A DNA stretch of 64,000 nucleotides from an uncultured archaeon (GCA_964486045.1 CAZALK010000017.1:56312-120311), one strand, 5' to 3'. Numbered from the stretch's first letter, positions 9,601-20,261 are shown. The notes: generated by a model from the sequence alone, not told the origin. Translations and numbers: made by a program.

Positions 9601-12163
9601 TCAAGATTCCTTTACAACTCAATGGTTAAACAATACGACTTTTGATGATCCCATACAACCAGTTTGGTTTCCAATATTAGGAGTCTTGGGAGATGATACT
9701 GATGTGAATGCAACTACGAGTCTGGGTCAAGCGAATTTTGAAGTTTTAGGAAACTATACAACCTTTAATAATGTCTCGGGAGTTCCTCAACCTGGGGATG
9801 GATGGAGTCCGTATAATAATTCATATTTCATTACACCAGACTATTATGAAATTAATGATATTACTGGAGTTATGGCTAATCACACTTACGATGAAAATAT
9901 TGATCAATCAAGAAATAGACCAAGTATACATTGGAGGTTAAATGTTAGTATGCCAGTTAATATGTCTGAATACATTATTACATCAGTGAATTTAAGTGCG
10001 ATTGTCAATGGAAGTGCAGATACTAACGTTGAAACCCCTCTGGATGATTTAAGTACTGGAGGAACTAGTGCTTGGTCTTACACTTATCATGATTATGCTA
10101 GATTCTATGTAAAAATTTCAAATTTAAATTATGAAGATCTTAATGAAGTGGCTTATTATCAAACTGTTAACTTAGGAGAGGGTGATCAGTTACATGATGG
10201 TAGTGGCACTCTAGCTCCCACCTTAGATGATACTTTCATGAATTTAATAGAGAAATCTAGGATAATTTATTATTTAACTAGAGCATTAGAATATGATAAT
10301 TTTAATTTTGGAATTACCTTAGGAATTGATATCTATACTGAAGATAATTATAATGATTTGGATTTGGATACATTTCACTCATTACTTATCAAATCCTTTA
10401 ATTTAACATTTTCTTATGAAAAAAGGATGGATATATTTACTTCTGTTTCATGGAATCAAAATGCAGACAAAATCAGTGGTCTTAGTAATGATACAGTAAT
10501 AGTAGATGAAGCATTACTTAATTTCAACTATACAATCGATCAGGATTGGGTTAGTTCATCTCCAAATTCTGAACTCAGAATATTAATTAATGATAACCAA
10601 CACTTTGAAACAGTAAAATTAAGTACTGCTAACACATCGTTTCAATTAGCAAAATCAGGCGGATTTGATATCACTTCCCTAATAACTGATGATGTAAATG
10701 TTTCTATTCAACTCTATTTAGCAGATAATTTTGGATTAAATCGCACTATAACAGTTTCAATTGATGATGTGACCCTAAATATTTCTTATACAATAATTTT
10801 TCCAGATATAGAGACTAATTATCAGCTGATATTAAATAATGAAAATAGAACTCTGACTCCTAATTTTGAACTTATTGTGGGGCAACAACTTAACATAACG
10901 ATAAAATATCTAAACATGACAGGTAATCATGTACCTAATGCCACAGTATTATTAGCAGGGAATTTTACAGGAACTTTAACTGAAAATGAAACCTTAGGGC
11001 AATATTCCTTTATCATTAACACAAATGTTTCTAATATTGGGACTAATTTTTTAACCATTACAGCACAAGCGGTGGATCATCAATTGCAAAAAATAACCCC
11101 AACAATTACAGTTAATAAAATAGGTACAAATGATCTTCAAGTATTCCTGAATAAAGAAGATATGACTCTAGATCCTAGTATAGAATCAATAGTTGGGGAG
11201 GAGTTAAACGTAACCATAAAATATCTCGATTTAATGGGTATACATGTCCCTAATGGTACAGTTAGATTGATATCTGTAGGTATTACTAAAGATTTAAACG
11301 AAAGCTTAATTTTTGAGCAATATACTGTGCTTGTGAATACTTCAGATAGGATGAAAATTGGAAGTAATTTATTAACAATTGAAGCTCAAACATCGTTGCT
11401 TGAAACTAAATACGCTTTTATAAGCTTATACGTTAGAAAGATTAATGTAGATATTGTTACGTTATCAGGATCGAATACCATAGTTACAAGTGTTGGGAAG
11501 GATATCACTCTCCAAATAAAATTGAATAATACTGATCTTGGAGGATTGATTAAAGGTTCCATTGTTACATTTAGCTGGGAACAGGCGAGTGGAATTCTCG
11601 CAGATCCTAATAATGATGGAATATATGAAATTACTATCCCAAATCTACCCTTAGGAGATTTTACATTTACTATTTCGGGATTTGCTGGTGATGATTATGA
11701 TATACAAGATTTTGACATTTTCGTTATTTCTGTGGCACAAGAAGTAGAAGATCCAACATTATTCATAGCCTTGTTTATCCTTGCTATAATTTTAGTTTCT
11801 GGACTTATAAGTTATCTAGTTATATACCAAAGGTATTTAAAATATCCAAAACCAGTTAGAAAAGTCCGAAAATATAAAAAATCTTTAAGAAAGAAAAATG
11901 TTCCTTCCATATATATAAGAGGGCGAGAATCGTCTTTTAAATCACTCTATAATGAAAACATCGGCACTTTTTCAAAAGATCTAAAACTAAAACACCATTC
12001 CGAGCTAATTAAACCTTTAACCCAAAAGGGAACTCCTGACATGGTGACCACAAATTCATTAGAAACAAAAATAGAGCAAGAACAATTAACTAAGAAAGTT
12101 ATCGAGAAAAAGTATGAATTAGACGATTTAATCAAAGATTTTTCAAAAGACTCTTCAAAATAA
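6695..12163 (+). CDS. Tandem fusion of two paralogous surface glycoprotein units (4 TM segments)
   Basis: Two copies of TM-WLxNxxF-...-SPNSE-...-Ig repeats-TM-PKxVRKVRKY architecture, paralogous to 2303..6268. Confidence 0.8.
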   Translation: MILRDFKKKNILIFSIVIVILSSSIFFFSFKNNWNDYFEGTKFNHPKLPQLAAQETLTVVWLENPNFNDPIEPTWYPELAGDIDDVDATVGSGQVNLEVLGDVRTFNDIYGTPQAQDWTEFNHSIRPLPLTHEINQYGFNVSHVYYEGSGGDQTANLAGVLWKRNITMPVDMSDYNITSAFVSAIVNGSADQDIETINDLPIIGGYASLFDHSFFYVVISDLNNVEYEEIASFRTDILGEGRVGRTYANYSSRDFLNDTFMDPISESDIIFTLNQIFELNPYNFTITMGIEIDCEDNYGGYELDKWYSLLIKSLNFTFSYEKKIDQFTTASWNQDGDQISDLGGDTIIINEAKLNFKYKINETWPGSSPNSEIRAYINNIKISETIKLSKANSTFQFAKSGGIEVTSLIPYNSKINFSIQVYIADEFNLDKKISLSIDDVYLNITYTVTFPNIQTNLQIFFNGDNKTLNPIYEHPVNQNLNITIKYPDNLGIHIPGAVVQLFGNLTGVLTENSTLGQYTIIINAIDLILGEFFFDVIAHRINYEARIIVPILIVTEVTTDNLQLFLNGENKTSDKSIDIALNKLLNITVKYNDIFGTHVPGATVELTGEGVFETLNENLSLRQYSIILNTTVKLSLGTNLLTINAQASDYSKSIINPRISIRQIYAKITPLSGSNTIRISPGGYAFVRIYINNTDFNINITGAIVTYTWDYDDGILTDLDQDGIYEGEFNNVPEGTHSVIINAFGSDIYNFESYEIIIAAVRLEGNALLFQILTIIAIVSAIMIGGYLYAYQKVLKFPKAVRKVRKYRKRLKRKNPPKISIKERKTIFKSVYQKEISKTSKFLKGKPRVEKSIIEKPFVKQNVVSKTKIGSKEKKIIPENSNLDKTPDKQLFEQKNFKNKLGNMIKKYRKSIKTFNNRFGTFFKVILLIILILGMPLIMQLSNRMIRNLAENSTFSKNSNEINNLGLAAQDSFTTQWLNNTTFDDPIQPVWFPILGVLGDDTDVNATTSLGQANFEVLGNYTTFNNVSGVPQPGDGWSPYNNSYFITPDYYEINDITGVMANHTYDENIDQSRNRPSIHWRLNVSMPVNMSEYIITSVNLSAIVNGSADTNVETPLDDLSTGGTSAWSYTYHDYARFYVKISNLNYEDLNEVAYYQTVNLGEGDQLHDGSGTLAPTLDDTFMNLIEKSRIIYYLTRALEYDNFNFGITLGIDIYTEDNYNDLDLDTFHSLLIKSFNLTFSYEKRMDIFTSVSWNQNADKISGLSNDTVIVDEALLNFNYTIDQDWVSSSPNSELRILINDNQHFETVKLSTANTSFQLAKSGGFDITSLITDDVNVSIQLYLADNFGLNRTITVSIDDVTLNISYTIIFPDIETNYQLILNNENRTLTPNFELIVGQQLNITIKYLNMTGNHVPNATVLLAGNFTGTLTENETLGQYSFIINTNVSNIGTNFLTITAQAVDHQLQKITPTITVNKIGTNDLQVFLNKEDMTLDPSIESIVGEELNVTIKYLDLMGIHVPNGTVRLISVGITKDLNESLIFEQYTVLVNTSDRMKIGSNLLTIEAQTSLLETKYAFISLYVRKINVDIVTLSGSNTIVTSVGKDITLQIKLNNTDLGGLIKGSIVTFSWEQASGILADPNNDGIYEITIPNLPLGDFTFTISGFAGDDYDIQDFDIFVISVAQEVEDPTLFIALFILAIILVSGLISYLVIYQRYLKYPKPVRKVRKYKKSLRKKNVPSIYIRGRESSFKSLYNENIGTFSKDLKLKHHSELIKPLTQKGTPDMVTTNSLETKIEQEQLTKKVIEKKYELDDLIKDFSKDSSK

Positions 12164-12170
12164 ACTAAAA

Positions 12171-12749
12171 TTAAATATTAGATTTTATTAACGAATCTTT
12201 TTGACTTTTTAAGCAAGCTAACACTAGGGCATCATAAAAAACCCCATGAAAATTCAAATATTGCTTTAAAATCCCTTCTTTTTTAAATCCACATTTTTTA
12301 AAAAGATGGGTGGAGCTTTCATTATTAATATCAATATGAGTTTCGAGACGATTTAATTTTAGATGATGAAAACCAATATTTTTAATTAAATTCAAGGCTC
12401 TTTCACCAAATCCTTTATTCCAGCAAGATGGGATGATCCAAATGCCAATTTCTCCTCTATTATGTCTCCAATTTAGATTCCAAAGATTAACAGAACCGAT
12501 ACGTTTTACACTCGATTCTCGTAATTCAATTACATAATTATATTGAGCGTAATTGTCCCAAAATTTTAAATATTTTCTAATTAAGATTTTAGAATCTAGG
12601 TAAGTTGCTAAAGGTCCCAATGATAAATAAGCAATTAAATCTTTTTCATTCAAACTAGTAAAGAAAAATTTAGCATCACTTTTTTTTACTTTTCTTAAGA
12701 AAAAAGACTTATCATTAATTTCCTCAACAATGTCAAGATCAAAATACAT
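12171..12749 (-). CDS. GNAT N-acetyltransferase, RimJ/RimL family
   Basis: GEIGIWIIPSCWNKGFG, N.SS..LFKKCGFKKEG motifs. Confidence 0.85.
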   Translation of the reverse strand: MYFDLDIVEEINDKSFFLRKVKKSDAKFFFTSLNEKDLIAYLSLGPLATYLDSKILIRKYLKFWDNYAQYNYVIELRESSVKRIGSVNLWNLNWRHNRGEIGIWIIPSCWNKGFGERALNLIKNIGFHHLKLNRLETHIDINNESSTHLFKKCGFKKEGILKQYLNFHGVFYDALVLACLKSQKDSLIKSNI

Positions 12750-12831
12750 TTCGTTAAAACCTTTAGGGATTATTACTTTTGTAATAATTAAAATTTATTA
12801 AAAAAAAAAGAAAAACTGAAAAAAGGATAAA

Positions 12832-13662
12832 CTACATCCCTCCAGTAAATTTAGGATTCCTTTTTTGTAAAAATGCCCCAATTCCTTCGCTAACATCTTT
12901 TGATGCGGAATTTATGCCGAAAGCAAGCATCTCTAGCGCATTTCCTACATTTAAAGATGCTTGTGTTCCGAATTTTACAGCTTTCTTGATACAGAATAAA
13001 CCCGTAGTAGCAGAACTTCCTAAAAATGATGCTTTTTCATGAATAAGGGTTTCAAACTCATCTCCGTCATTACATAAAAAGCTGACATACCCCCATTCAT
13101 GCATAGTTTCAGCAGATTCGCGTTCGCCGAAATAACACATTTTCAAAGCTCTTGCTTGTCCCACGTGTCTTGCCATTCTTTGAGTACCACCATTTCCTGG
13201 AAAAATTCCGCGTGCTATTTCAGGAAAACCGAAAAATGATCTTTTCGTAGCAATTATAATATCACAAACAAGAGTTAATTCACATCCACCGCCAAAAGCA
13301 TATCCATCTACCGCAGCAATAACAGGTTTTGGAAATTCTTCAATTAAAGTGTAATATTTATGTTTCTGTTGCATAGCTAATACCATGTGAGCAGGAATAG
13401 TCGGATTTAAACCCTTTCCCATACCCGCGGATAAATCGGCACCCGAAGAAAATGCAGCTTTCTTTGTAATATTTTTTGTTCCTCGAAGAACTATACATCT
13501 GATGCTACTGTCGATTTCAAATTGTTCCATAGCTTCATAGATCTCTCTTAATGTGTCAGTTGTAAGAGCATTCAATTTATCTGGTCTATTTATTGAAATA
13601 ACAACATAATTCCCATCTTCCACTCTTTCTACTAAAACATCTTTAAATTTTTTTTCTGACAT
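12832..13662 (-). CDS. Enoyl-CoA hydratase/isomerase (crotonase family)
   Basis: NRPDKLNAL, FSSGADL, AFGGGCEL, FPE..GIFPGNGGTQR. Confidence 0.92.
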   Translation of the reverse strand: MSEKKFKDVLVERVEDGNYVVISINRPDKLNALTTDTLREIYEAMEQFEIDSSIRCIVLRGTKNITKKAAFSSGADLSAGMGKGLNPTIPAHMVLAMQQKHKYYTLIEEFPKPVIAAVDGYAFGGGCELTLVCDIIIATKRSFFGFPEIARGIFPGNGGTQRMARHVGQARALKMCYFGERESAETMHEWGYVSFLCNDGDEFETLIHEKASFLGSSATTGLFCIKKAVKFGTQASLNVGNALEMLAFGINSASKDVSEGIGAFLQKRNPKFTGGM

Positions 13663-13813
13663 TTTTTTTGACTCTTTCCATATTGGTTTCTTCTTTTTTT
13701 TTTTATTCTTAAACTTTATTACTTAAAGACTATAACTATTACTTTTTTTTAATTAAAAACTATCAATCCGAAACTAAAATATAAGAAAAAAATAGGAAGT
13801 TAATATATAATAA

Positions 13814-14986
13814 TCACGTATATTCAACCCATTTTCCACTTCTTAACAGTTCACAGGGTTTAAAGTATTCTTTTCCTGTTAATTCTACGAGTTCTTCTAA
13901 AACTTCGATTTGTCGCTGCCAGGTTTTTTGATTTGCCGCCATCGGACCTGGCATATTCATTCCCGCCACTAATGTATCATCTATTATTTTCCAGCTTGTT
14001 GTGATTCCATCTTCTATTACACGACAGGCTTCATTCAACATAATGGCAAGTGGATATTTGAGTTTATATAGTTTAGCTTTTCCCGCGGATTTATCAGGTT
14101 GTGGTCTTCCCTTAGTCCAATCTCGAAATCCTTGACCCGTCTTAGCCCCTAATTTTCCCTCATTAAACAGTTGAGATATAATTTTGCCAGGAATAAAGTC
14201 TGGAGAGAGAGTTTGAGAGTAATATGTCTGTCCATGGTATAACACGTCAATACCTATATAATCGGCAAAAATTGTCATCGGCATAGGCCCTCCTAAACCA
14301 TCGTTGTCTAACTGATCCCACGAAAATCCTTCAGCAGCAGCTTTATCAAAAATATAATTTTGATAAATTTGAACGGGAGCAGTAACTCGATTGCAAATAA
14401 ACCCAGGTTTGTCTTTTAGCACCTTTGGAACATACCTCTTTCCTCTAAGGCAAGGGATGCTTTCTGCAAATTCAATACCCTTATTTACACTTTCATCAGT
14501 GGAATGGTCGCTATAAATAACTTCAATTAGTTTCATTAAAGGTACAGGATTAAAAAAATGCATTCCTATACATTTATCAGGTCTTCCTGATTCTTTTCCA
14601 ATATCTGTAATACTCATTGTTGATGTGTTTGATGCAAGAATACAATGGGCTGGTGAATTTTCACCAACAGTTTTGAAAACTTGTTTCTTGATATCCATTC
14701 TCTCAACAACTGCTTCGATCATAATATCAGCATCTTTAACCGCCAAAGCCACATCGGTCGATTTTTTACAATTTGCCATTAAACCCGCAGCAGTAGCACC
14801 TTCAGGTAAGCTACCCTTAGTTTCAAGTTTTTTCATTCCTCCATCAATTTTACTCCATCCTTTATTCACAAATTCCTCGTTTATATCCACAAGTGTAACA
14901 TTATAACCCGCTAATAATGACATTTGAGCTATTCCATGACCCATTTGGCCGGCGCCAACTACTACAACATTTTTAATATCAACCAT
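13814..14986 (-). CDS. 3-hydroxyacyl-CoA dehydrogenase
   Basis: GAGQMGHGIA Rossmann motif, EAVVE, SNTST, GMHFFNP. ATG at 14986 preferred over the track's TTG at 15013. Confidence 0.92.
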   Translation of the reverse strand: MVDIKNVVVVGAGQMGHGIAQMSLLAGYNVTLVDINEEFVNKGWSKIDGGMKKLETKGSLPEGATAAGLMANCKKSTDVALAVKDADIMIEAVVERMDIKKQVFKTVGENSPAHCILASNTSTMSITDIGKESGRPDKCIGMHFFNPVPLMKLIEVIYSDHSTDESVNKGIEFAESIPCLRGKRYVPKVLKDKPGFICNRVTAPVQIYQNYIFDKAAAEGFSWDQLDNDGLGGPMPMTIFADYIGIDVLYHGQTYYSQTLSPDFIPGKIISQLFNEGKLGAKTGQGFRDWTKGRPQPDKSAGKAKLYKLKYPLAIMLNEACRVIEDGITTSWKIIDDTLVAGMNMPGPMAANQKTWQRQIEVLEELVELTGKEYFKPCELLRSGKWVEYT

Positions 14987-15236
14987 ATTTTTTTCACAAA
15001 TTTTTAAGTCCAAAATTATGTTTGTTATGATAATTTTAATGTTACTAATGATATATTTTTTTTAAATTTTTAGACATATTGTTCTTTTTAAAAGTTCATC
15101 TCTGTGATGCAAATAGATCAAAAATAGTTTGAAACAATCAAGAGTAAAAAATGAAAAAATTAGAATTCTTTTCTTATAAATTCATTCCAAAAAAACTATC
15201 GAATTTTACCTTAATAACAAAAGTGTGAGATTAATG

Positions 15237-15716
15237 CTAAGATTTATTTAATCTAATAATCTTTTTGATAGCCCTCTCTACATTTTCGTCGATGATTACT
15301 AGAACTTTTTCATACGTTCTATTTGTAGTATAATACGGATCAATAATATCTATCTCATCTGTTTCTTCGTTAAATTCTCTTAATGTAAAGGTTTTCTTGG
15401 GAATATCTTTAATATTGCTATAGTTTTGAATAATTTCGGTAGAATGTGAGTGCTCCATTGTTAGGATTAAATCTTGATTTTCTAATAATTTTCGAGTTAT
15501 TAATTGAGGTCTAAAACCAGAGTAATCAATCCCTTTTAAATCTAAATACTTTCGAGATGTTGGTTGAATAGAAGAAAAAGCATTTATAAAACCTGCACTT
15601 TCAATAATTAAATCACCACCAAACTCTTCATTATAATACCTGGCTAAATATTCAGCAACGGGTGATCTCGCTGTATTACCCAAACAAACCATAAGAATTC
15701 GTTTTATTTTTTTCAT
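15237..15716 (-). CDS. Low-molecular-weight protein-tyrosine phosphatase family
   Basis: P-loop CLGNTARS, SAG, DIIDPY. Confidence 0.88.
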   Translation of the reverse strand: MKKIKRILMVCLGNTARSPVAEYLARYYNEEFGGDLIIESAGFINAFSSIQPTSRKYLDLKGIDYSGFRPQLITRKLLENQDLILTMEHSHSTEIIQNYSNIKDIPKKTFTLREFNEETDEIDIIDPYYTTNRTYEKVLVIIDENVERAIKKIIRLNKS

Positions 15717-15837
15717 TTTCTAACGTTTTTTTCTGATTCATGTAAGATTTAAAGTAGAATTAAGTCTTTGTATTTAAGAAATGAAATATAAATTAAAACA
15801 AAAATTTATAGAATTATAAATTTAAACAGTATGACGC

Positions 15838-18246
15838 ATGGAAGATGAAATAGATTTTATAGAATATGAGGAAAGTATTGAATTATTATTTCCTCCTGAA
15901 TTTAGATATACGTTTTTAGTTGGCGCAGGAGTTTCTATGGACTTTCCAACGAATATTCCCTCTGCCAGAGAAGTAGTTAAATCTTTATTAGAAATTTGTG
16001 TTCCACCCGAAGAAGTTGAGTGCTTACTTTCACTTAATTTACTTAGATATGAGTTAGTAGTTGAGAAAATCCAAGTTGAAATTGATGAAGATTTAAGATT
16101 TTTAGATTACTTAGAGCTGGTTACCAACCCAAATATCATTCATTATTTTTTAGGTAATGCTATAACACGGGGAAATCATGTTGTCACGACAAATTTTGAT
16201 TATATGATTGAGCATGCTCTTATGCGGATCCTTGACAAGGAATCGCATAAAGATATTATTCCCGTAATAACTAAAGAAGACTTCATATTTTATCAAGATC
16301 CTACAATTTTCATGGAAGTGGGAAAGTATCTTTTATATAAAATTCATGGATCAAAGCAAAATATTATTACTGGTATTGAAACTAAGGAATCTCTTATCAC
16401 CACTATTAGTGCTTTAGGAAGGGAAAGAGAAGAGGGTAAAACATTTGCAATTGAGCCATATAAAAAAGATGCTGTGTATAAACTTATGAAACATAGGACT
16501 TTAGTAACTATGGGATATTCTGGAAGTGATGATTTTGATATTAGCCCTACATTAAAAGAACTTCCTTTTCTAAAAAGACTCATTTGGATTGAACATACTC
16601 AAAGCAATAATTTAGAAATAATTCATATTAACCAAATTAAAAATCTTCAAGATAAAGAAAAGATTTCTGATTTAGAAAATAAACTATTAGAGATTAGCAT
16701 AAAAGGGGAGTTTGAAGTAATATTAATTAGAACGGACACTAACCATTTTATCAAAACAAAACTCTGGGGAATTTTTTTACCTCATGTTCAAATTCAAGAA
16801 ATGAATCTACTAGAGTCAGAACTAGAGGTCCCAAAATTCTCAAGTTGGATAAAAGAAATATATGGAAATATTGCTCAATTACAGAAATATAAATTAGCAA
16901 TTCAATTATATTATTTTCTAAAACAAACAGAAGCGTCAAAACGGTGTTCTGAAAAAGGATTAAAATTATCTGATGAAACTAACGATCTGAAAGCAAAATC
17001 TTATTTTCTTAATTTTTTAGGCCTTATTGATCAAATTACGGGGAAATATAACAGTGCAATTACCTATTATGAGGAAGGTTTAAGGATAGATGAATTAACA
17101 AATGACATTCCTGGGACGGCTTCAGCTCTTGGTAATATTGGTGCAATCTACTTGATAAGAGGGAGATACGATTTAGCTTTAGAAAATTATAAAAAAGCGT
17201 TAGATATCTCAGAAAAATCAGGGGACTTATATGGAATGGTAACCAACCTCAATAACATAGGAAGAATAAATGAAATTCATGGAGATTTAGAAATTGCTTT
17301 AAGTCGGTATAAGGAGGCCATGAAATTAACTGATAGAATAGGAGATCTTAATAGAAAAGCAGCACTCCTAAACAATATTGGAATGGTACATGGAACTCAG
17401 AATAGGTATGATTTAGCTCTTCAAAATTACGAGGTTGCAATAAAAATAGTTGATAATTTAGGAGATTTATATGGAAAGATTATTCTTTTAAATAATATCG
17501 GAAGAGTTTATGATGAATATAGTAATTATGAGAAAGCACTTGAAAAATATAAAGAAACAATAACAATTGCTGAGAAATTAGGAGATCTATCGAAAAAAGC
17601 AGGTAGTCTTAATAATATAGGTTCAATTCATTTGGCTCAAGGAAATGACGATTTGGCTTTAGAAAAATACCAAGAAGCATTGAATATAGAAGAAAGGTTA
17701 GGAAATCCTTTAATGAAACTAATCTATCTAAATAACATTGGCATGGTTTATAATAATCGCAAGGAGTATAACTTAGCTTTAAAAACCTACACGGATGCCT
17801 TAGAAATTGCTAAAATGATAGGGGACCTCTCAAAAAAAGGATTAATACTTACAAAAATTGGCGCAATCTATATGATTCAAGATAAAATTGCTGCTGCACT
17901 TGAAAGTTATGAAACATCACTTCTGATTTTTGGAGAAACTGGGGAATTATCTAATAAGGCAGCTAGTTTAAGTAATATAGGTAAAATTTATGAAAAATTT
18001 GAAGAACATCATGAAGCAATAAAGGTTTATGAAGAAGCACTTCAAATTGACACTAAATTAGAAGATTTAATGGGTAAAGCAAGTGATTTATACAACTTAG
18101 GGAGAGTATATGAAATACATGGAGAGTTGCGTAAAGCGTTAAGCCAATATGAAGAAAGTTTAAATATTTTTAGTCAATTAAATCAAGACCAGTATGTAAA
18201 TACTATACAACAGAACATTATTAACCTAAGAAAAAAAATAGGGTAA
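15838..18246 (+). CDS. SIR2-like (SIR2_2) domain plus ~10 TPR repeats
   Basis: LVGAGVS, TTNFD, KIHGS, GYSGSD; 40-aa repeats LNNIG.......AL..Y..AL.I. Confidence 0.85.
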   Translation: MEDEIDFIEYEESIELLFPPEFRYTFLVGAGVSMDFPTNIPSAREVVKSLLEICVPPEEVECLLSLNLLRYELVVEKIQVEIDEDLRFLDYLELVTNPNIIHYFLGNAITRGNHVVTTNFDYMIEHALMRILDKESHKDIIPVITKEDFIFYQDPTIFMEVGKYLLYKIHGSKQNIITGIETKESLITTISALGREREEGKTFAIEPYKKDAVYKLMKHRTLVTMGYSGSDDFDISPTLKELPFLKRLIWIEHTQSNNLEIIHINQIKNLQDKEKISDLENKLLEISIKGEFEVILIRTDTNHFIKTKLWGIFLPHVQIQEMNLLESELEVPKFSSWIKEIYGNIAQLQKYKLAIQLYYFLKQTEASKRCSEKGLKLSDETNDLKAKSYFLNFLGLIDQITGKYNSAITYYEEGLRIDELTNDIPGTASALGNIGAIYLIRGRYDLALENYKKALDISEKSGDLYGMVTNLNNIGRINEIHGDLEIALSRYKEAMKLTDRIGDLNRKAALLNNIGMVHGTQNRYDLALQNYEVAIKIVDNLGDLYGKIILLNNIGRVYDEYSNYEKALEKYKETITIAEKLGDLSKKAGSLNNIGSIHLAQGNDDLALEKYQEALNIEERLGNPLMKLIYLNNIGMVYNNRKEYNLALKTYTDALEIAKMIGDLSKKGLILTKIGAIYMIQDKIAAALESYETSLLIFGETGELSNKAASLSNIGKIYEKFEEHHEAIKVYEEALQIDTKLEDLMGKASDLYNLGRVYEIHGELRKALSQYEESLNIFSQLNQDQYVNTIQQNIINLRKKIG

Positions 18247-18378
18247 AAAACCTAGAATAAATGCTTCTTTCCCCTTAAAGAATGAATTATTTACTTAATA
18301 AAGTAATAAAATTTTAATTTCATTATCGGTATTTTATAATAACTTCTAATTAAAATCGAGAAAAAACAAAACCTTCTA

Positions 18379-19950
18379 TTGAAGTTTAAAACGGATTTCT
18401 TAATTATCGGAAGTGGAATTTCCGGACTCTCTCTGACACTTTACTTATCTAAATTAGTTCCAAATAATAAAATATTTTTAATCACTAAAGAAGATTTACA
18501 GGATAGTTCAACTTTCCATGCTCAAGGAGGTATCGCTTGTGTTTGGGATGATAATGACACATTTGAGAAACATATTAAGGATACTATAATAGCTGGAGAT
18601 GGCTTATGTGATGAAGATATAGTTAGGAAAATTATAACCCAGGCCCCAGACCGAATAAATGATTTAATTGAGTTAGGTTTGGAATTTACAGCAAATGAAA
18701 ATGGTGATTATAACCTTGGTAAGGAAGGAGGTCATACTGAAAGAAGAATTCTTCATGTAAATGACCAAACAGGGCAGTCAATTGAGCAAACATTGATTGA
18801 GAATGTAAAAAAATTGAAGAATGTTGAAATTAAAGAATATTGGTGCGCCGTTAACTTATACGCAGAAAATTTCAAATGTTACGGAGCTTATGTTCTGGAT
18901 CAAGAAAATGATGAAATTCGTAATATTACGGCTAAAGCCACAATCTTAGCTACAGGAGGTGCTGGTAAAATTTACTTGTACACTACAAATCCAGATATTG
19001 CTTCAGGAGACGGTATTGCTATGGCATACAGAGCAGGAGTTATAATTGCAAATATGGAATTTTATCAATTTCACCCCACATGTCTATATCATCCTTACGC
19101 AAAATCATTCTTAATAACAGAAGCATTGCGTGGTGAGGGTGCTGTTCTAAAAAATTTAAATGGAAATGAATTCATGCAAAAATACCACCCTTCTAAAGAA
19201 TTAGCTCCACGTGATATAGTATCAAGAGCAATAGATGTTGAGTTGAAGAAATCTGGAGACGATCATGTACTATTGGATATTGCTTCAAAAAAAGATCCTA
19301 ACTTTATAAAAAGTCACTTTCCTGGGATATATGAAAATTGCTTAAAATTTAATATTGATATAACTAGAGAACCTATTCCTGTTGTACCATCTGCACATTA
19401 CAGTGTAGGAGGATGTTTAACTAAGATTGATGGTTCTACAAAAGTAAAAAATCTTTACGTCATTGGGGAATCAGCGTGCACTGGTTTACATGGAGCGAAT
19501 CGATTAGCTAGTAATTCTTTATTAGAAGGTTTAGTTTGCAGTTATGAATGTGCTAAAACTTTAGGTAATAATATAAATGATATAAAACTTAATGAATTTA
19601 AAGAGTGGGAACCAGGGAATGCTGTACCCTCAACAGAGGCCGTAATTATTTCTCAAAACTGGGATGAAATTAGAAGATTTATGTGGAATTTTGTTGGAAT
19701 CGTCAGAACCGATTTGCGTCTTCAAAGAGCTAAAAAAAGGATTAATTTATTGCTTGATGAAATAAACCAGTATTATTGGGACTTCAAAATTGAAAAGAAT
19801 CTTGTAGAATTGAGAAATTTGGCTACAGTTGCAAAATTAATCATCGTTAGTGCAATTTCTAGAAAAGAAAGTCGAGGGATTCATTACAACTTAGATTATC
19901 CTGAAAAATCCGAAATGAGTAGACTAACCACTCTCAGAAGACCTTGGTAA
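18379..19950 (+). CDS. nadB: L-aspartate oxidase
   Basis: GSGISG, AQGGI, EGGH..RRILH, QFHPT, TEALRGEG, ELAPRD, LHGANRLASNSLLEG. Confidence 0.95.
   Translation: MKFKTDFLIIGSGISGLSLTLYLSKLVPNNKIFLITKEDLQDSSTFHAQGGIACVWDDNDTFEKHIKDTIIAGDGLCDEDIVRKIITQAPDRINDLIELGLEFTANENGDYNLGKEGGHTERRILHVNDQTGQSIEQTLIENVKKLKNVEIKEYWCAVNLYAENFKCYGAYVLDQENDEIRNITAKATILATGGAGKIYLYTTNPDIASGDGIAMAYRAGVIIANMEFYQFHPTCLYHPYAKSFLITEALRGEGAVLKNLNGNEFMQKYHPSKELAPRDIVSRAIDVELKKSGDDHVLLDIASKKDPNFIKSHFPGIYENCLKFNIDITREPIPVVPSAHYSVGGCLTKIDGSTKVKNLYVIGESACTGLHGANRLASNSLLEGLVCSYECAKTLGNNINDIKLNEFKEWEPGNAVPSTEAVIISQNWDEIRRFMWNFVGIVRTDLRLQRAKKRINLLLDEINQYYWDFKIEKNLVELRNLATVAKLIIVSAISRKESRGIHYNLDYPEKSEMSRLTTLRRPW
19891..19950 (+). 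repeat. nadB 3' end, copy 1 of a 60-bp direct repeat
   Basis: 50/60 identical to 22728..22787. Confidence 0.85.
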
Positions 19951-20261
19951 TTATATTTTTTTCGAATGCAATTTTCACAGAATAATTGGTAATTTCTTGC
20001 TATATTACTACTCCCTATACTGAAGAGAATGATTTGGTCAAAATCCAATTATCCTTGACTTTTAAAATGAATAAATCTTTCCAAATCTCTTCTCCATACT
20101 TCTCTTCTTGTTTCTGTTAATATGTATCGAATTCCCGTATATGACGATATTAGTGTGTAAAAAGCGCTGAAAGTTTGATTTTATTTTAAAATAGATTTAT
20201 AAAATACTATTATTATCATTGGAATATAATAATTTCCAAAGTTTTAATTCAAATTTTCTGG

